Translations under genes and position numbers: made by a program | Shown here: positions 12,679-26,274 of the stretch, piece by piece | Numbering within the stretch: the stretch's first letter is position 1 | Layout of the letters: the number at the start of each line of letters is the position of its first letter | The notes under the pieces: generated by a model | The model's database searches: none | Seen by the model: only the letters and a program-made list of their open reading frames with translations | Told to the model about the DNA's origin: nothing | Origin: Sphyrna mokarran | Lineage: Eukaryota | Assembly (NCBI GenBank): GCA_024679065.1 | Contig: JAGIQG010000016.1 | Coordinates: 53,320,001 to 53,384,000 of the forward strand | Reading direction: 5' to 3' | DNA length: 64,000 nucleotides

Positions 12679-12998
12679 GGCAGTACGGTGGCACAGTGGT
12701 TTAGCACTGCTGCCTCACAATGCCAGGGACCCAGTTTCGATTCCAGCCTCGAGTCAGTATCTGTGTGGAGTTTGCATGTTCTCCCCATGACTATGTGGGT
12801 TTCCTCTGGATGCTCAGGTTTCCTCCCACTGTCCAAAATATGCGTTGATAGGTTGATTAGTCATGCTAAATTGCGCCGGCAGAATAGTAGGGTAAATACA
12901 TGGTGTCACTGGGATAGGATAAGGGTGGAATTGTTGTCAGTGCAGGCTTGACGGGCTGATTGGCCTCCTTCTGTATTGTAGATATTCTATGATTCTAT
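12679..12998 (+). mobile_element. HE1-like SINE, tail A
   Basis: GGCAGTACGGTGGCACAGTGGTTTAGCAC head, V-core, ATTCTATGATTCTAT tail. Confidence 0.9.
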
Positions 12999-13377
12999 TC
13001 CAGCATCAAATGTAAGGTCAACACCAAAATGCCTGAGGATTGCTTTGAAGTTTCATTCATGCACATTTTGTATTAAATGAGGCCTCTTTCTACACTGTAG
13101 GGATTCTACAATTTTATTCTATGATTTAAAATTGTAGTTTTTCCTCTTGCTCCTGTAGTAGGCCCACAAGCCTGTACTTTGTTAATACGAGTAATGAAAT
13201 TGTGAAAATACATAGTTTTGAAATATGTGGCTCCTGGATATGTTTAGAAATATGTGGCTCGTGGAACAAATAGAAAGGCACAACACACCTGCAGTAATGA
13301 GCACCTAATGCTTCACAAACCACTATAGATCTCACATTTATAGTATCTTTGCATTTGAGCACCTTTCATGACCTCAG

Positions 13378-13693
13378 AATCATAGAATCTCTAAACAGTG
13401 CAGAAGGAGACCATTTGGCCCATCAAGCCAGCACCGACCACAATCCCACACAGTCTCGATCCCCACAAACCCACTTATTTAACTTACTAATCCCCCTGAC
13501 ATTAAGGGGCAATTTAGCATGGTCAATCAACCTAATCTGCACATCTTTGGACTGTGGAAGGAAACCAGAGCACCTGAAGGAAACCCACAGAGACATAGGG
13601 AGAACGAGCAAATTCACACAGACAGTGACCCGAGGCCGGAATTGAACATGGGTTCTGGCACAGTGTGGCAGCACTGTCCCACCGTGCTGCCCA
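13378..13693 (-). mobile_element. HE1-like SINE, tail A
   Basis: Full reverse-complement head, core and tail. Confidence 0.9.
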
Positions 13694-14956
13694 AGATGTC
13701 CTTAAGTATGCCATAGCGGATGGGTTATTGTTGATGTGTAGTCATTGCCGTAATGTAAGAAATAGTTATCCATATAAGTACCAGAATATTCATTAGTCCA
13801 GCTGCGGACAACAAAAGTAGTACAAAATATTTAAGATTCAAACAATGAAAACCAACAGGCCTGGCAAATTCTAATGACTTTATTAAAACATTTGATCAAA
13901 TCAACCTTCTTTTGGACATCCCCAGTGTTTGTTAATCCGTTACCATTACAGCATCATTGACAAATACATTCCTGTTTCTTCAGAAAGTGAAAATCATTTG
14001 AATTCTATGATGTCCTGCAAAACTCTGAGTGATGATACTCTGTTGCCGTCAGGCAGCACACACTTTCAGTCTGATGCTTCAAGTGAAAGATAATGGGCAG
14101 CACCGATCGAACAGAACCCTCAAGAGTCCCGTTGTCGGATCCTTGACTTCAACTGAGAAGCGCCAGATTTTGGCATCCAGACTGTTTACTGACCTTCAGC
14201 AGTCACACACAGGTTATCTCATAATTTCTCTATGAAGGTCACAGTTACTGCTCTATATTTCAGAAGGCAGTGACCACTGCATTCTGTCTCTCTGCTGTTT
14301 TGTAGGCTGTTTCCTGCATTTGCTTTGTCTTCCTGCCTTTCTCATTTTCATCCCACTTGTTTCATTCATTTATATTCTCCAGGAGCCATCATTGCTGTAC
14401 ACCACCCCTTCCCCCCCACCAGCCCCAATAACCTATCCATCACCCACAGCCTTCTTCCTGAATGGTTCTTGCCTAATCCAAACTGGGCACCTTCTGTCAT
14501 ATTCATTGCAATCACAGATATTTCCCAGAGCAGTATTCTGTTCTTATTCCAATTTTTCATTACATATCACTTCCACAAGCCTCCTGAGGCCAAATCTTCC
14601 TTTTTGCTCCCAAATCACAGGGGATCAATAGCTTCCTGCCATTTTTTAGTTTATTGTGTCATCTGACTGCCTTGTGAATAAGATCTTTCCTGTCCACGGC
14701 TTCGTGGGTGACTGAATCTGGCTAACTGATGTTGATGCTGATTATGTTTAGGCACCCAGGATGATATGAATAACAAAGCTTATTTACTCATAGTGTAACA
14801 TATGTTCTCTTTATAATTGCCCTCTGGGCAAACTCAAAAAGCACCACTCTCTATTGCATCAACAGCAAGTCCTGTCACTCATAAGATTTGTCTGGTTTAG
14901 AGTATTAAATTTGTAGAAAAGCTTTATTTTAATTTAAAGAGACCGGCATCAATAAC

Positions 14957-15243
14957 TCATAGGATCCCGACAGTGCAGAAGGAGGCAATTTGGCCCATCA
15001 AACCTGCACTGACAACAATCCCACCCAAGCCCTGTTTGCTAATTTCCCTGAGGGGCAATTTGTAGCATGACCATCCAACATACCCACACATCTTTTGGAC
15101 TGTAGGAGGAAATTGGAGCACCTGGAGGAAATCCCATGCAGATGTGGAGAGAGTGTGCAAACTCCACACAGACAGATATCCAAGGCTAGAATTGAACCCG
15201 AATCCCTAGCATTGTGAGGCAGCAGTGCTAACCACTGTGCCAC
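14957..15243 (-). mobile_element. HE1-like SINE, tail A
   Basis: Reverse-complement head, core and tail. Confidence 0.88.
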
Positions 15244-15589
15244 TGGATAGAACAATTACAAACGCATGTAAATATGAAGGAATTCATACTGTTCAGCAAT
15301 TGTAATTATAAAATTAAGGATTTGTCCCTCAAATAATAGAGTCTGAATAAAAGGTCTAGACATAATAGTTAATAAAGTGTTAAAAGTACGTATGACAGCA
15401 ATTGCAAAGGGAAATAATGTTTTACTTGTACCTTTTTCTCCTAAGTAGGTAGCAGAGAAATTTCCCATGTGATGAGTTGTGTCAGTCATGAGGGCATTTG
15501 CATCAGAAATTACTGGGACCATTCATTCTCTTATTCATTGGAGCATTGCTTGTGTGAGAAGTATAATAATGAATATTCAATATAGATTT

Positions 15590-16530
15590 TGAAAGGGAAA
15601 ATCATTATTGAATTTCTTGAAGAGGTAAAAGAGAGTGTAGACAATGGTAAAGTAATAAATGTAATTTATCGGGATTTTCCCCAGGACCTTCAATAAGCTG
15701 CCCCATAACAGACTAATGAATAAGGTCAAGGAATGTGGAATCAGGAGACAAGTGGCAAAATGGATCTCAAGAGAGAAAGCAAAGGATAGAAATAAAAGTT
15801 TCAGAGTAATTTCAGAGGAGCAGAAGGTGGGAAGTGATGTTCAACAAGAAACACTCAATTTACATCAGTGATTGGGACTTCAGAAAGAAAAGCATAATTT
15901 CTAAACTTGCTATTACAAAAAATTGGAGGGAGAGTCAATACTGAGAAGCACTGCAACAAATTACAAGAGGACATTAATAAACTTGCAAATGGGCAAATAA
16001 GTGGGAAATAAAATCAACACAGATAATTGAGATAACATATCTTAGTAGGAAGAATAAGAGGGTCATCTATTACTTGGAAGGTGCAAGTCTAGGTGGAGTA
16101 GAAATAAACCAGTCACTAAAGGTGGGGCCTGAGGTTAGCAAGGCCATAAGAACAACCAAACATTAATTTTTATTTCCAGATGGATAGAACTGAAAATAAA
16201 AAATGTTAAATTCACACCTATACTAGACCTGACTTAGAGTAATATTGTGACCAATATAGAGGCATTGGAGAGGATGCAAAAAAACGGTCTACAAGGATGG
16301 TACAGTAAAATGTATATAAGGAAAGGATTGACTGCCTGAGTCTCTTCCCCGTTGAGTATTGATGATTGAGGGGTATCCTAAAATACATTACATAGAGAGT
16401 CTTTGATCTTGTGGGGAAGAGCATAAATGGAGGCTATCAATATAAGATCATTGTCAAGAAGCCCAATAAGGAATTCAGAAAAAATTCCTAAGAATGATAC
16501 GAGCATAGAATGTGCTACCACAAAGAGTGG
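15590..16530 (+). mobile_element. Highly degenerate CR1 ORF2 (RT domain to C-terminus)
   Basis: EFLEEVKESVDNGKVINVIYRDF...KLPHNRL resembles the CR1 RT motifs EFFEEVT/VYLDF.KAFDKVPH; many frameshifts. Confidence 0.75.
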
Positions 16531-16799
16531 TTATGTATCTTAATAAGATCACCTCTCAATCTTCTAAAATCCAACAATTACAGGACTAACCTACTTTCCT
16601 TATAAGAAAATCCCTCCATTCCCAGGGTCAAACAAGTAAACCTTTACTGGATTGTCTCCAATGCCTTAGATAAGGACACAATACAGATAATTGGGATTAA
16701 AGTCTTACATTATAAAAACAAATTGCAAAACAAAAATATACCTATAAGCACTCCCAAATGACACTAACCTCAGGAGACACAGACTACTGGGTGGCAGTG

Positions 16800-16930
16800 G
16801 CAGTAAACTTGTCAAAATGTTACACATTCCACATGGAGTGAGTAGCACTGGCGCCAAGTGTTTTTGCCATGACTGCAGATGAGTACCACAAAGAAGTTCA
16901 ATGACCTGGCAAGAGCAGGTAAGGTAACAC
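16800..16930 (+). pseudogene. Second Harbinger-type Myb/SANT remnant
   Basis: 16891-16923 reads KKFNDLARAGK, followed by GT donor at 16924, the same intron position as at 7589. Confidence 0.45.
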
Positions 16931-17344
16931 AGGAGTCACTCTGGACACCAGTATATTGTTTACCTCCGATAGGTTATAGGTAATGTATTGAATCCTTTTC
17001 AATTCTCTCTGCTTAAATGGATCCAAACTCGGGAAATTACAATGCAGCTACTAATCTTCCCCAATCTTCCTCCTTTTGAAGGAGGAGTGCATTGTGACAA
17101 GTGCATGGATATGTAGCACTGATGTGCAAGATTCTTTATTGCCATTGGTAAAATTCCAATAATTTCCAGAAATCCAATTGTCAACTCACATGTTAATAGT
17201 ACAATGGGCTGAATAGCCTCTTCCTGAGTCATAGCTTTTCTATGGATCTAATTCATGGTGTGTTAAGAATTTATTTGCTGAGGTTAAAATGCTTAACCAA
17301 AACTTATTTTTCATATCGCCAAGTAATTCACTTTACTGATGAAC

Positions 17345-17683
17345 GCGATGGCCTATTGGTATTATCGCTGGACTATTAATCCAAAAACTCAGCTCATGTT
17401 CTGGGGACCCAGTTTCGAATCCTGCCACACCAGTTGTTGGAATTTGAATTCAATAAAAAATATTTGGAATTAAGGATCTACTAATGACCCATGAAATGAT
17501 TGTCGGAAAATCCATTTGGTTCACTAATGTCCTTTAGGGAAGGAAATCTCCCTGATCTGGTCTACACGTTACTCCAGAGCCACAGCAATGTGGTTGACTC
17601 TTAATTGCCCTCCAAAGATAACTAGAGATGGGCAATAAATACTGGCCAGTGAGTGATGCCTATGTGCCACAAATGAATAAAAA
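17345..17683 (+). mobile_element. tRNA-derived SINE family 2
   Basis: A-box-like TGGCCTATTGG, B-box TTCGAATCC, tail AACTAGAGATGGGCAATAAATACTGGCC...TGAATAAAAAG. Confidence 0.8.
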
Positions 17684-18312
17684 GAAATCTTATTTAAACC
17701 ATTAAACCTTTTTAGCCTGATATACTATTTTTGTTTCTCCTGTTGACCAAAAGCAAACTTCTGTTAAAATTTTCACAGCTTTTTGATGAAGATTAGATTG
17801 GATGACTCTTTGTTCGAATCAAGCCATGGTATAATACTATAGCTGATCAGGGGAAATTGCATAGCTGGTGTGTCTTACATTATAGCACCTCATTATTGCA
17901 GACTCAAATGACTCTCAGACTGACTTGGCACATGAAACTAATAGTTACATATTTATAGCACAAAGGATTCATGTTCATCAAACAGACATGACAGGGGTTT
18001 TCAAGCACAAAAATAAACTACTTCCAGCAGAGTTCTGACCAGCATGCTCATATTGAATGTGAAATCTATCTCATTACACCTCAGCTGGCTGTGGAGTCAT
18101 TTTACAAGCCCCAAGTTTTCTGTCACTGTGGTTACAGATAAAAATAAGTTTGATTTTAATACAAGTGGAAATGGATTCTGTTCAGGTGCAAGGTTAAGTT
18201 GTTATTTTCTCACCACTCTGAGGAAGTTAAACTGCCACGTAGGTTTGACTCAAAATTTGCATGCCACCTCATCACAATCTGTTCTCTTTCAGTTGACAAT
18301 GTTGGAGCTGTT

Positions 18313-18438
18313 GGCCGGAATTCTCCAGCCTTGCCTGTATTCTCCAGTCCCACTACGGTGAATGGAGATTTGGCTGAGCGCCAAATTCTCCATTCTTGCT
18401 CTGGCAGCAGAGCATGTGAGACCAGAGAATTTCAGCTC
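18313..18438. mobile_element. Harbinger-type MITE
   Basis: GGCCGGAATTCTC / GAGAATTTCAGC termini; internal GGAGATTTGGCTGAGCGCCAAATTCTC similar to 48893-49020. Confidence 0.65.
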
Positions 18439-18479
18439 TTGTCCTTCAGATCAAATATTAACTGAATACACATCCAACC

Positions 18480-18670
18480 TCCCAGACTGGTGTAAAAGAA
18501 TTCATGGCATGATGTTGAAGAACATCGGGAGAGTTACTTGAGTAGCCTTTCTACTAGTTATCGCTTAATTAACATGACAAAACTATATTATCTGGTTGTT
18601 ATAACATTGCCTTTTTTAAGTGGAAGGTTGCTGTGCACAAGTTGGCTGCCAAATTTCCTACATTATAAAA
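18480..18670 (+). mobile_element. Deu-domain SINE fragment (SacSINE1-like)
   Basis: GTAAAAGAATTCATGGCA...TGAAGAA...GAGTT...TTGCTGTGCACAAGTTGGCTGCC. Confidence 0.6.
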
Positions 18671-19024
18671 ATGGCCAATGGCCCCCTTTAAATGTTGTTG
18701 TGTGTGGCCTGTTTTTTCAGTGTACCTTTAAACTTCTTCCACACCAGCACACATTCCGTTTATCACTGAGTAAGGTGCATTGACATGCACATTGGGAGCT
18801 GGGAAGTTTGTAGAAGGGGCAGCAGGAGGCCCTCAGTGGCATCCATTGTGACTTAAGGAACTCAAGTGAAGGCAGGGCAGGAAGGTCTACTTCTGATGAA
18901 AGTGGGAAGGTGTTGAGCATCAGTTCCGACGCCAACATACCTAATTTTCAAGCCCTTCTATCGTCTTCTTTACCTCGTGAGGTGATATAAGATTCAGATC
19001 ATAATGACAACTCAATCTCTGCAT

Positions 19025-19445
19025 GCATGTAGCAGTAAAACCCAGGTGGTTTCAGCCATAACTCAGTTGAAAGCACTGTTGAGTGAGAAGATTGTTTGTT
19101 CAAGTACCAATCCAAGAATTGAGCGCAAATGTCCTGAACTCCTGAGGGAGTTATGCACTGTGCTATTTCTTGGATGAGATGTTAAACTGAGGTCCCAGTT
19201 GCCTTCTCAAGCGATCATAAATTTTAACAATTTCGAAGAGGAACATGAGAGTTATCTCTGGTATTCTGGCTAACATCTATCTCTCAATCAACATCACAAA
19301 GTAAATTTCCATTGACGTTCGAGAATGAAGTTTGACGTGTCAAATTTAGCTGTCACATTTCCTACATTACATATTTCATAAGTGCTTCATTGACTATTAA
19401 AAATAAACAATGGTCAGGAAAGGTGCTGTATGATCAAATCATTCT
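19025..19445 (+). mobile_element. Deu-domain SINE (SacSINE1-like)
   Basis: tRNA-like head, Deu core GGATGAGATGTTAAACTGAGGTCCC...TTCGAAGAG...TCAATCAACATCAC, L2-type tail. Confidence 0.72.
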
Positions 19446-19794
19446 TTCAAGCAACAGAGAAACATTACTGCTTCGCAGTCATCTCTTCAATCGATGCATA
19501 TTTAAAAAAAACATTAAAAAGAAAAAATAATTTCACATGATGAACAAAGGCTGCATTGAGACAGTTTTTAATTCTAAACAAAAGCTGGATAATTCAAAAT
19601 TTTCAGCTGAATTTTTGACTGTCAAAATTTTCATTGTATTTTCAACTGAGCAATGAGATTAAAGCAAGAATTCTCTTTGTCGGTTAAATAGACAAGTTGA
19701 AGAAATTTTAGTATTCATCAAAATTAGCATTTTCACATAAGATTAGTTGATTTACTAAAAGATCTCAAACTATTGTGTTAAATGAATGCCAGTT

Positions 19795-20137
19795 AGAATT
19801 TATAGAGTCCCTACGGTGCAGAAGGGAGCCATTTGGCCCATCCAGTCTGCACCTACTTTCCGACAGAGCATTTTACCCAGTTCCTACACCCTTAACCCCA
19901 ATACTTACCCCGCTAATCCCCCTAACCTACACATCTTGGGTCACTCAGGGGCAATTTAGCATTGCCAATCAACCTAACCTGTACATCTTTGGACTGTGGG
20001 AGGAAATTGAGCAGCTGGGAGGAAACCCACACAGACACAGGGAGAAAGTGCAAACTCTACGCAGACAGCCACCCAAGGCCAGAATTGCACATGGGTCCCT
20101 GGCACCGTGAGGCAACAGTGCTAACCGCTGTGCCACC
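19795..20137 (-). mobile_element. HE1-like SINE, tail A
   Basis: Reverse-complement head, core and tail. Confidence 0.9.
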
Positions 20138-22517
20138 TACTCTTCTAGTCTGCACATGCCTGGTGCATGTTTCCAGCACTTGTGCTAATGACCTACCCAA
20201 AATGGAATCCATATGACCTGCACCAGAAGAACCATTTTGGAAGTGAAATGGCACGTGTAGTGATTAAAATGCACAGACAATGTAAACGGAATTTGCAGGC
20301 AAAATCTGCTGATCTTACTAATAGTCAGTTACAGACTTTGACCTTTTATCCTTCATGCATTAGATTAAGAAATGAACTGTCGTAAACTGGACTCTTAGCT
20401 CAGAACGTTATTTGATAGAAGGCGCTCAGTAGACAATCCAGGCATGTCTGATTAGTGACCCTCTCGATTTTCCAGTTATTAACTTTAAAGAATGTAAATC
20501 TGCAGCACTCTGAAACAGATATGCTGACCGACCTGCCCTGTCTGCTGACCAAGACTCTGCTGGAAGTGCTAACATGCAAAATGATCCCATATATTCTGCA
20601 ACTTTTGCACAATTTTCTCCTGATATAGAGATCAGCAGAACTTCGCCAGCAACAGATATGGATGACTATTAGAGGTCATCCAGAAGTATGTAACAGATTC
20701 TGAGGGAGAGTTTAAATTTCAGGTGGCTGGCTGGTGTCCTACCAGATTCAGGCTTCATTTAAACACACCAAACGGGTTTCTGAGACAACTCACTGCACTT
20801 GCTACAGTTCGGCTGACATTAAAATCAGCCCCCACTTTGTTTTTGGATACAGTATAATACCTTGGAATGTGGGCAACGCTGGGTAAGTTACATTTATTGC
20901 CTATCCCTATTTGCCCTGAGGAAAGCAATAACAGGCCTTCTGCTTGAACTGCAGTCCTTCTGGTCATCACACTCCCAAAGTGCTGTTACGTCAGGAATGC
21001 CAATATTTTGATCAAAGTGATGAAAGAGGAAAACTCTTGGGCTGAATTTTCTTCCCTCACCCCCCGCCCCTATGGGGGTAAGTGAAGAGCTGGGTGGTTG
21101 TGAAAATTTGCATTGTCCTGCCAGTATGTTGGCACCATCTACCTTCTGCGCTAATTTCCCAGAGGTGGGGTGGAGGTTGGAAAGATCACCTGCCTGCAAA
21201 CAGTGTGCAATGAATTAAAGAAACAAAAGGCTTCTCATTGTCTATTGTCAGAGGCCGTCAGGAATTTTCCTGGCAAGGCTTTGGGGGTGTGGCCAGCAGC
21301 CAGCAAGTGTTCTCCAGGTAGGCAATGCTCCAAGCAAGGCTCCAGGCCCTCTCTGCCTCCCTGACCATAGCTGTGACCATAAATTTCCTGTGGAGGAACT
21401 AATAGATGGGTAGTTAGTTTGATTAATTATTTCACACATGGGCTATCTTTTGATTGTTGGATTGATGCCAGTATTTGCATTATTGTAACATCTGGGTTGG
21501 GAGAGCAGTGCGATACAGGTGTTCCAGTGATAAAGCCAAGGAGTTGTCCAGTACCATACACTGTGCTGTTTCCAGTGCACCTCAACATGTCTTAAGGCCA
21601 AATAGACAGACACAAATTGGCTGAATACTGATATTTATGATGAAGGGGACCACAGGAAGATACAGAGTGGGATCATTAACTTGGTACTTTGATTAAAAAA
21701 ACATAACATTTGAAACTTGTCTATTGCATTCAAGTGGTGAGTTCTACCATAGTTAACAAAAGGAATTCTTTCTATTTAGTTCCTTAGAGTCTTGAATGAC
21801 TCTCCCTATGTCTGCAAGGCTTTGCTCTGATGCAATGATTGTAGGAACTATCAAAAAGTTCCTGTTTTTGGTGTTTAACATGTTTCACTATTTTCATGCC
21901 TCACTCAGTTCTGGCTGATACTACGTTTTATTAAAACCTTAAATATAGGGTATCCAGGATATTAAAGTAAGGCAGGATGTGTGTAAAGATGATCATTCAT
22001 CAACTTAGGGAAAACACATCTTGTTCATTTACAGCTCATAACGTAGACTTGCAATCTCTTGGCTGCAACCAATTCCCAAGGTGACTCTGAGCACAGAAGC
22101 TTGCAATTATCAAAGCGACCCCACTCTCTGCTCCCCGATTGGTTCCCTAGATCATGTGACTCTTACCCAGTGGATTGATCCTTAAAGGGACACTCACCAC
22201 AATGGGTAGATGTGAATCAGAGAGCGGAAGGTACCAGGCCATTACATTAGAAAAGATAATATCATATGATAGAACATTATTAAACAAATGCATTGCAACA
22301 ACTAATGAGGGCCCATAAACAAGTTCAGTTTAGATTTATTGGTAAATAGGTTAATGTATGGTGTTCACAATGACATCACAACTTATTTTTATTCCAATTC
22401 ATATTTCATTGCCTACTCTAATCATTCCAATTATAACATAAAATTCCTCTGGCTAGATGTTTGATTAGACTTGATAGAAGGCTTTCTTTGTTTTGAACTA
22501 CCTTGTGATTAATGAAT

Positions 22518-22780
22518 AAGAACAAAGAACAAAGAACAGTACAGCACAAGAATAGGCCTTTCTAAACTCTATGCAGCCAGTATCCCTCTATTCCCTGCCT
22601 AGTCGTGTATCTGCCAAGATGCATCTTAAATGTTGCTATTGTATCTGCTTCTACCATCTCCTCTGGCAGCACATTCCAAGGACTTTTACATTCCAAAGGA
22701 CTTTTAAGCACATTTACATCTTCTTTGTAAAAAACCTACCTCTCACATCTCCTTTAAACTTTTCCCTCTTTACCTTAAAA
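22518..22780 (-). mobile_element. CR1-like LINE 3' end with (TTCTTTG)n tail
   Basis: AAGAACAAAGAACAAAGAAC tail, CTGGCAGCACATTCCAAG, AAAAACCTACCTCTCACATCTCC. Confidence 0.7.
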
Positions 22781-22999
22781 GAAATGCAGTACAGGAAGGG
22801 GCATTGAAGTGTGTTCTTATCTTTTCTTATCGAACCTTCTTATGTAGTCTTAAATGAGGGATTGCCTAATCAAGCTAAGGGAGTGCCAGTGAATTTTTGT
22901 TCATTTGTGGGTTGCTCTTGAGAAAGTGTTAGTAAGTCACATTCTTGAACCTTTGAAACCTGTGTGGTGAAGGTACACCCACAGCACAAAGGAGATCTA

Positions 23000-23300
23000 T
23001 TTAAGTTTAAGTATTATTGTCACAAGGAAGCTTACATTAACACTGCAATTAAGTTACTGTGAAAATTTCTTAGTCACCACACTCTGATGCCTGTTCAGGC
23101 ATACTGAGGGAAAATTTAACACGGCCAATACACCTAACCAGCCACGTCTTTTGGACTGTGGAGGAAACTAGAACACCCAAGGAAAACCCATGCAGACACA
23201 GGGCGAACATGCAGACTCCACACAGAGTGACCCAAGCCAAGAATCAAACTTGGGTCCCTGATACTGAGGCAGCAATGCTCACCGCTGTGCCATCGTGCTA
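23000..23300 (-). mobile_element. HE1-like SINE, tail B (inside a LINE fragment at about 22910-23385)
   Basis: Tail B, core and head in reverse. Confidence 0.85.
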
Positions 23301-23952
23301 GCGGGTCTAGGGATTTGACCCAGTGAAAATGAAAGAACAGTAATATATTTGCAAGTGAGTATGGTGCATGATTTCAACAGGGAACTCAAACTTGCTAATA
23401 GTGTTAAGCAGTCCCTCATATACCCACACTACCTTTTTGCATTTCTTTGAAGTGGTATTCATAATGTAAAGATAAGAATGACCGATTTTTATTACAGTAA
23501 TAATTTAATTTTCGCATTTTCTCTCCATTCAACTATATTATTGTTCACCACTTCGGTTATATACTCAAATCCTAGTAATCTAGGTAACAACTTGATGCTT
23601 TCCATAAAAGAATCAAATAGTGACTACGGGCCAACATTTCTAGATGTGTGTACCAACAATCCTATTTTAAGCATTGCTCCCTTTCAGTGCTTGTTTTTCC
23701 ACATCTGCCACCAATGATTCATCACCATTAGTTGAAGGAAGCAACTCTATAATCACAATGGAACAGTATAAAGAAGATTTCAGTTGCTCTGCCAACTAGA
23801 TAGAAAATGACTATGTGTTTAAATTTAAACCGAGAATATTATTTTCTGAAACTGACACAGAGGATAACAAAACTTGTGGTTGGGACAAATCCGCCTGTTC
23901 AGGGTGCTTCCATGTAATGTGTGCAAAGAGAAAGCACTGTCCAGAGCACCAA

Positions 23953-24235
23953 TTTATTTATTAGTCATAAGTAGGCTTACATTAACATTGCAATGACACT
24001 ACGGTGAAAATCCCCTAGTAGCCACACTTTGATGCCTATTCAAATACATTGAGGGAGAATTTAGCTTGGTCAATGCACCAAACCAGCACATTTTTTTATA
24101 CTGTGGGAGGAAACCAGAACACCTGGAAGAAATACACGCAGACACAGGAAGAACATGCAAACTGCACACAGACAGTGACCTAAGCCAGGAATTGAACTCA
24201 AACCTTGAGGCAGGCAGTGCTAACCACTATACCAC
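23953..24235 (-). mobile_element. HE1-like SINE, tail B
   Basis: TTTATTTATTAGTCATAAGTAGGCTTACATTAAC...AAATCCCCTAG...GCTAACCAC. Confidence 0.87.
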
Positions 24236-25480
24236 AAAACCCTGTTACAAACAGTCAATTCACAGCTGAGAGTAAGAAATGCATGAATTGATTGCTAATT
24301 AGTGATTAATTGGAGTCAGCATTGGAAAAAGTGTGAGCTTTTAACACAAATGCAAGGGTTAAACTTTTCAAGGCATGTGACTACTTGAAAAACCATATGT
24401 CACTTTTCATTTACCTTTGCAATATGATTGCTGAAGGTTCAGTAGGTCAAATCAGTCGATATACACTTTAAAAACTAGTCCTGCTTTTTTCAATCACTTT
24501 CTTATTATTGAGTAATGAGTGTTATTCATGTTCCTTCAAAGAAATTTGAAGCTCAAGGATTATAAGAATATTCAGAGCTCATCTGTTGTGTTTCTAAAAT
24601 AAGGCTAATTAGATGCTAGAATCTTCTATCCAGAGCTTTCCTGATGTTAGCTAATTGGTTATTTCTGTAGTGCAGATTGTGCTCCACCTCTGAGCCAGAA
24701 CTTTGAGTTAATTGCTTTCCCCAGAAATTGAGCTGATAACATCTACTACTATCAGTTGGGTGCAATGCCAAGGGAGTGCCAGTTTGTTGCATGGGCTGTG
24801 GGTGAGACATTGGGCTGAATTGTAATAAGTGCTAGGGCATCCTGCAGCTGGGACTGAAAAAGAGTCTGAATTCCTTGTGGGCAGATGGCAGGACCCCGGG
24901 TGGGACTGTACTGGCAACAGCCAGTTAAGAAGTAACCTTTGGGAACATTGTCCATTTAAGGACACCAGAACTACTCTTAAAGCAGCTCACCCAGCTAGAG
25001 GGCTGGTATCTCAGCTGATTCAGCAGTGCCACTGTTGGACGGAGGCCCTACTGAGGATGCAGAGAGGTGTCTCCATGTTGAGGCACCTTCAAAGGCAAGG
25101 GTATCATTTTTTTACTGTGCCTTAGCCAGGCAGGCAGGCCGGCCCTGATTATCTGAGGGGTGAATCTTCCAGCTATTTGATCAAAAGACATTCACCTAAA
25201 ATACTATTCTCCCCCACCCCGCAAGTCTCTGCCTCCAGTATTTTCTACTTTTTTATTTCAGATTTCCAGCATCTGCATTATTTTTCTTCTTTTTAACTGG
25301 ATGTTATCTTGTGATGCTCCCCAAATTTCTTCTCTCAATCAACGACATTGAAATCCATTGTTGCATTTGTAAGCTTATAATAAGTGAAAAACGGCTGCCC
25401 TATTTACTTACATAACAACAGTCAACGTAACTAAACATAGCTGTGTAACTGCAGAACACTTCTGAGATATACGATTTGAG

Positions 25481-25742
25481 ACTTACCTTCTCAGGAGCAG
25501 TGACAGCCAGAACTGTGAGGGGCACACTCTACTGAGCAGAGGATAAAGAGAGAGCCAGGCTCAGGGAAGGGAGAACACTGAGCCTGCAAGGGACACACTG
25601 TACTGAGGAGCAGATAAATAGAGAGCCAGGCTTGGGGCCTTCACTTACCTTCTCAGAAGTGGAGATTGCTGGACCTGCAAGGGACACATTGTACAGAGGC
25701 AGACGTCACAGGAAAATAGTGATTTCATTAGCTGGTAAGTAA
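25481..25742 (+). repeat. Imperfect tandem subrepeats (possible CR1 5' UTR)
   Basis: ACTTACCTTCTCAG x2 (25481, 25643), GAGAGCCAGGCT x2, CCTGCAAGGGACACA x2. Confidence 0.65.
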
Positions 25743-25879
25743 CTATTATTTAAATCACCTATCCTAAGTTGCTTTCAGAATAAAGGTTAAAAAGGCAAAA
25801 TATTTTACAGATCAAGAAGTTAAAAGCCAATTGAAAATTGAGAAACCAAATTTAAAAACAAATTAAATAAAATTTAAGT

Positions 25880-26230
25880 ACATGATGATAAACAATATTG
25901 ACAAAATGGATATAGAGTGGATGTTTCCTCTTGTGGGGCAATCAAGAACAAGAGGTTGTAGTTTTAGGATAAGGGGTAGGATTGAGATTTAGAACAGACA
26001 TGAAGACAACTACTTCTTTCAAAGGATCGTGAACCTGTGAAATTCACTACCCCAGAGTGCCATGGATGTCAGCACACTGAGTAAATTTAAGGGGGAAGCG
26101 GACAGATTTTGATTAGTAGTGGGTGAAAGGGTTATGGAGAATGGGCAAGGAAATGGAATTGAGGCTGGGATGAGATCCTACTGAATGGTGGAACAGGCTC
26201 AAAAGGCTGCTCCTAATTCTCTTAATGCAT
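25880..26230 (+). mobile_element. CR1 LINE 3' end
   Basis: IDKMDIEWMFPLVGQSRTRG...FFQRIVNL*NSLPQ and tail TGAATGGTGGAACAGGCTC...GCTCCTAATTCT. Confidence 0.8.
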
Positions 26231-26274
26231 GCTTTTTTTTGAAAGGTACTTTTAAGAACCAAATTAATCAGTAC

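Noticed and set aside
12679-12750. tRNA gene
   Set aside because: The A/B boxes belong to SINE heads and run straight into the V-core; no complete cloverleaf or poly-T terminator.
13984-14093. Acceptor TTTCTTCAG followed by a short open frame
   Set aside because: Only about 36 codons with no recognisable homology.
20520-20672. Possible exon YADRPALSADQDSAGSANMQNDPIY...DDY*
   Set aside because: Poor polypyrimidine tract, unrecognised peptide, no linked exons.
21945-22202. Possible short solo LTR (also about 14740-14885)
   Set aside because: One end looks LTR-like, but the second terminus and TSD could not be established.
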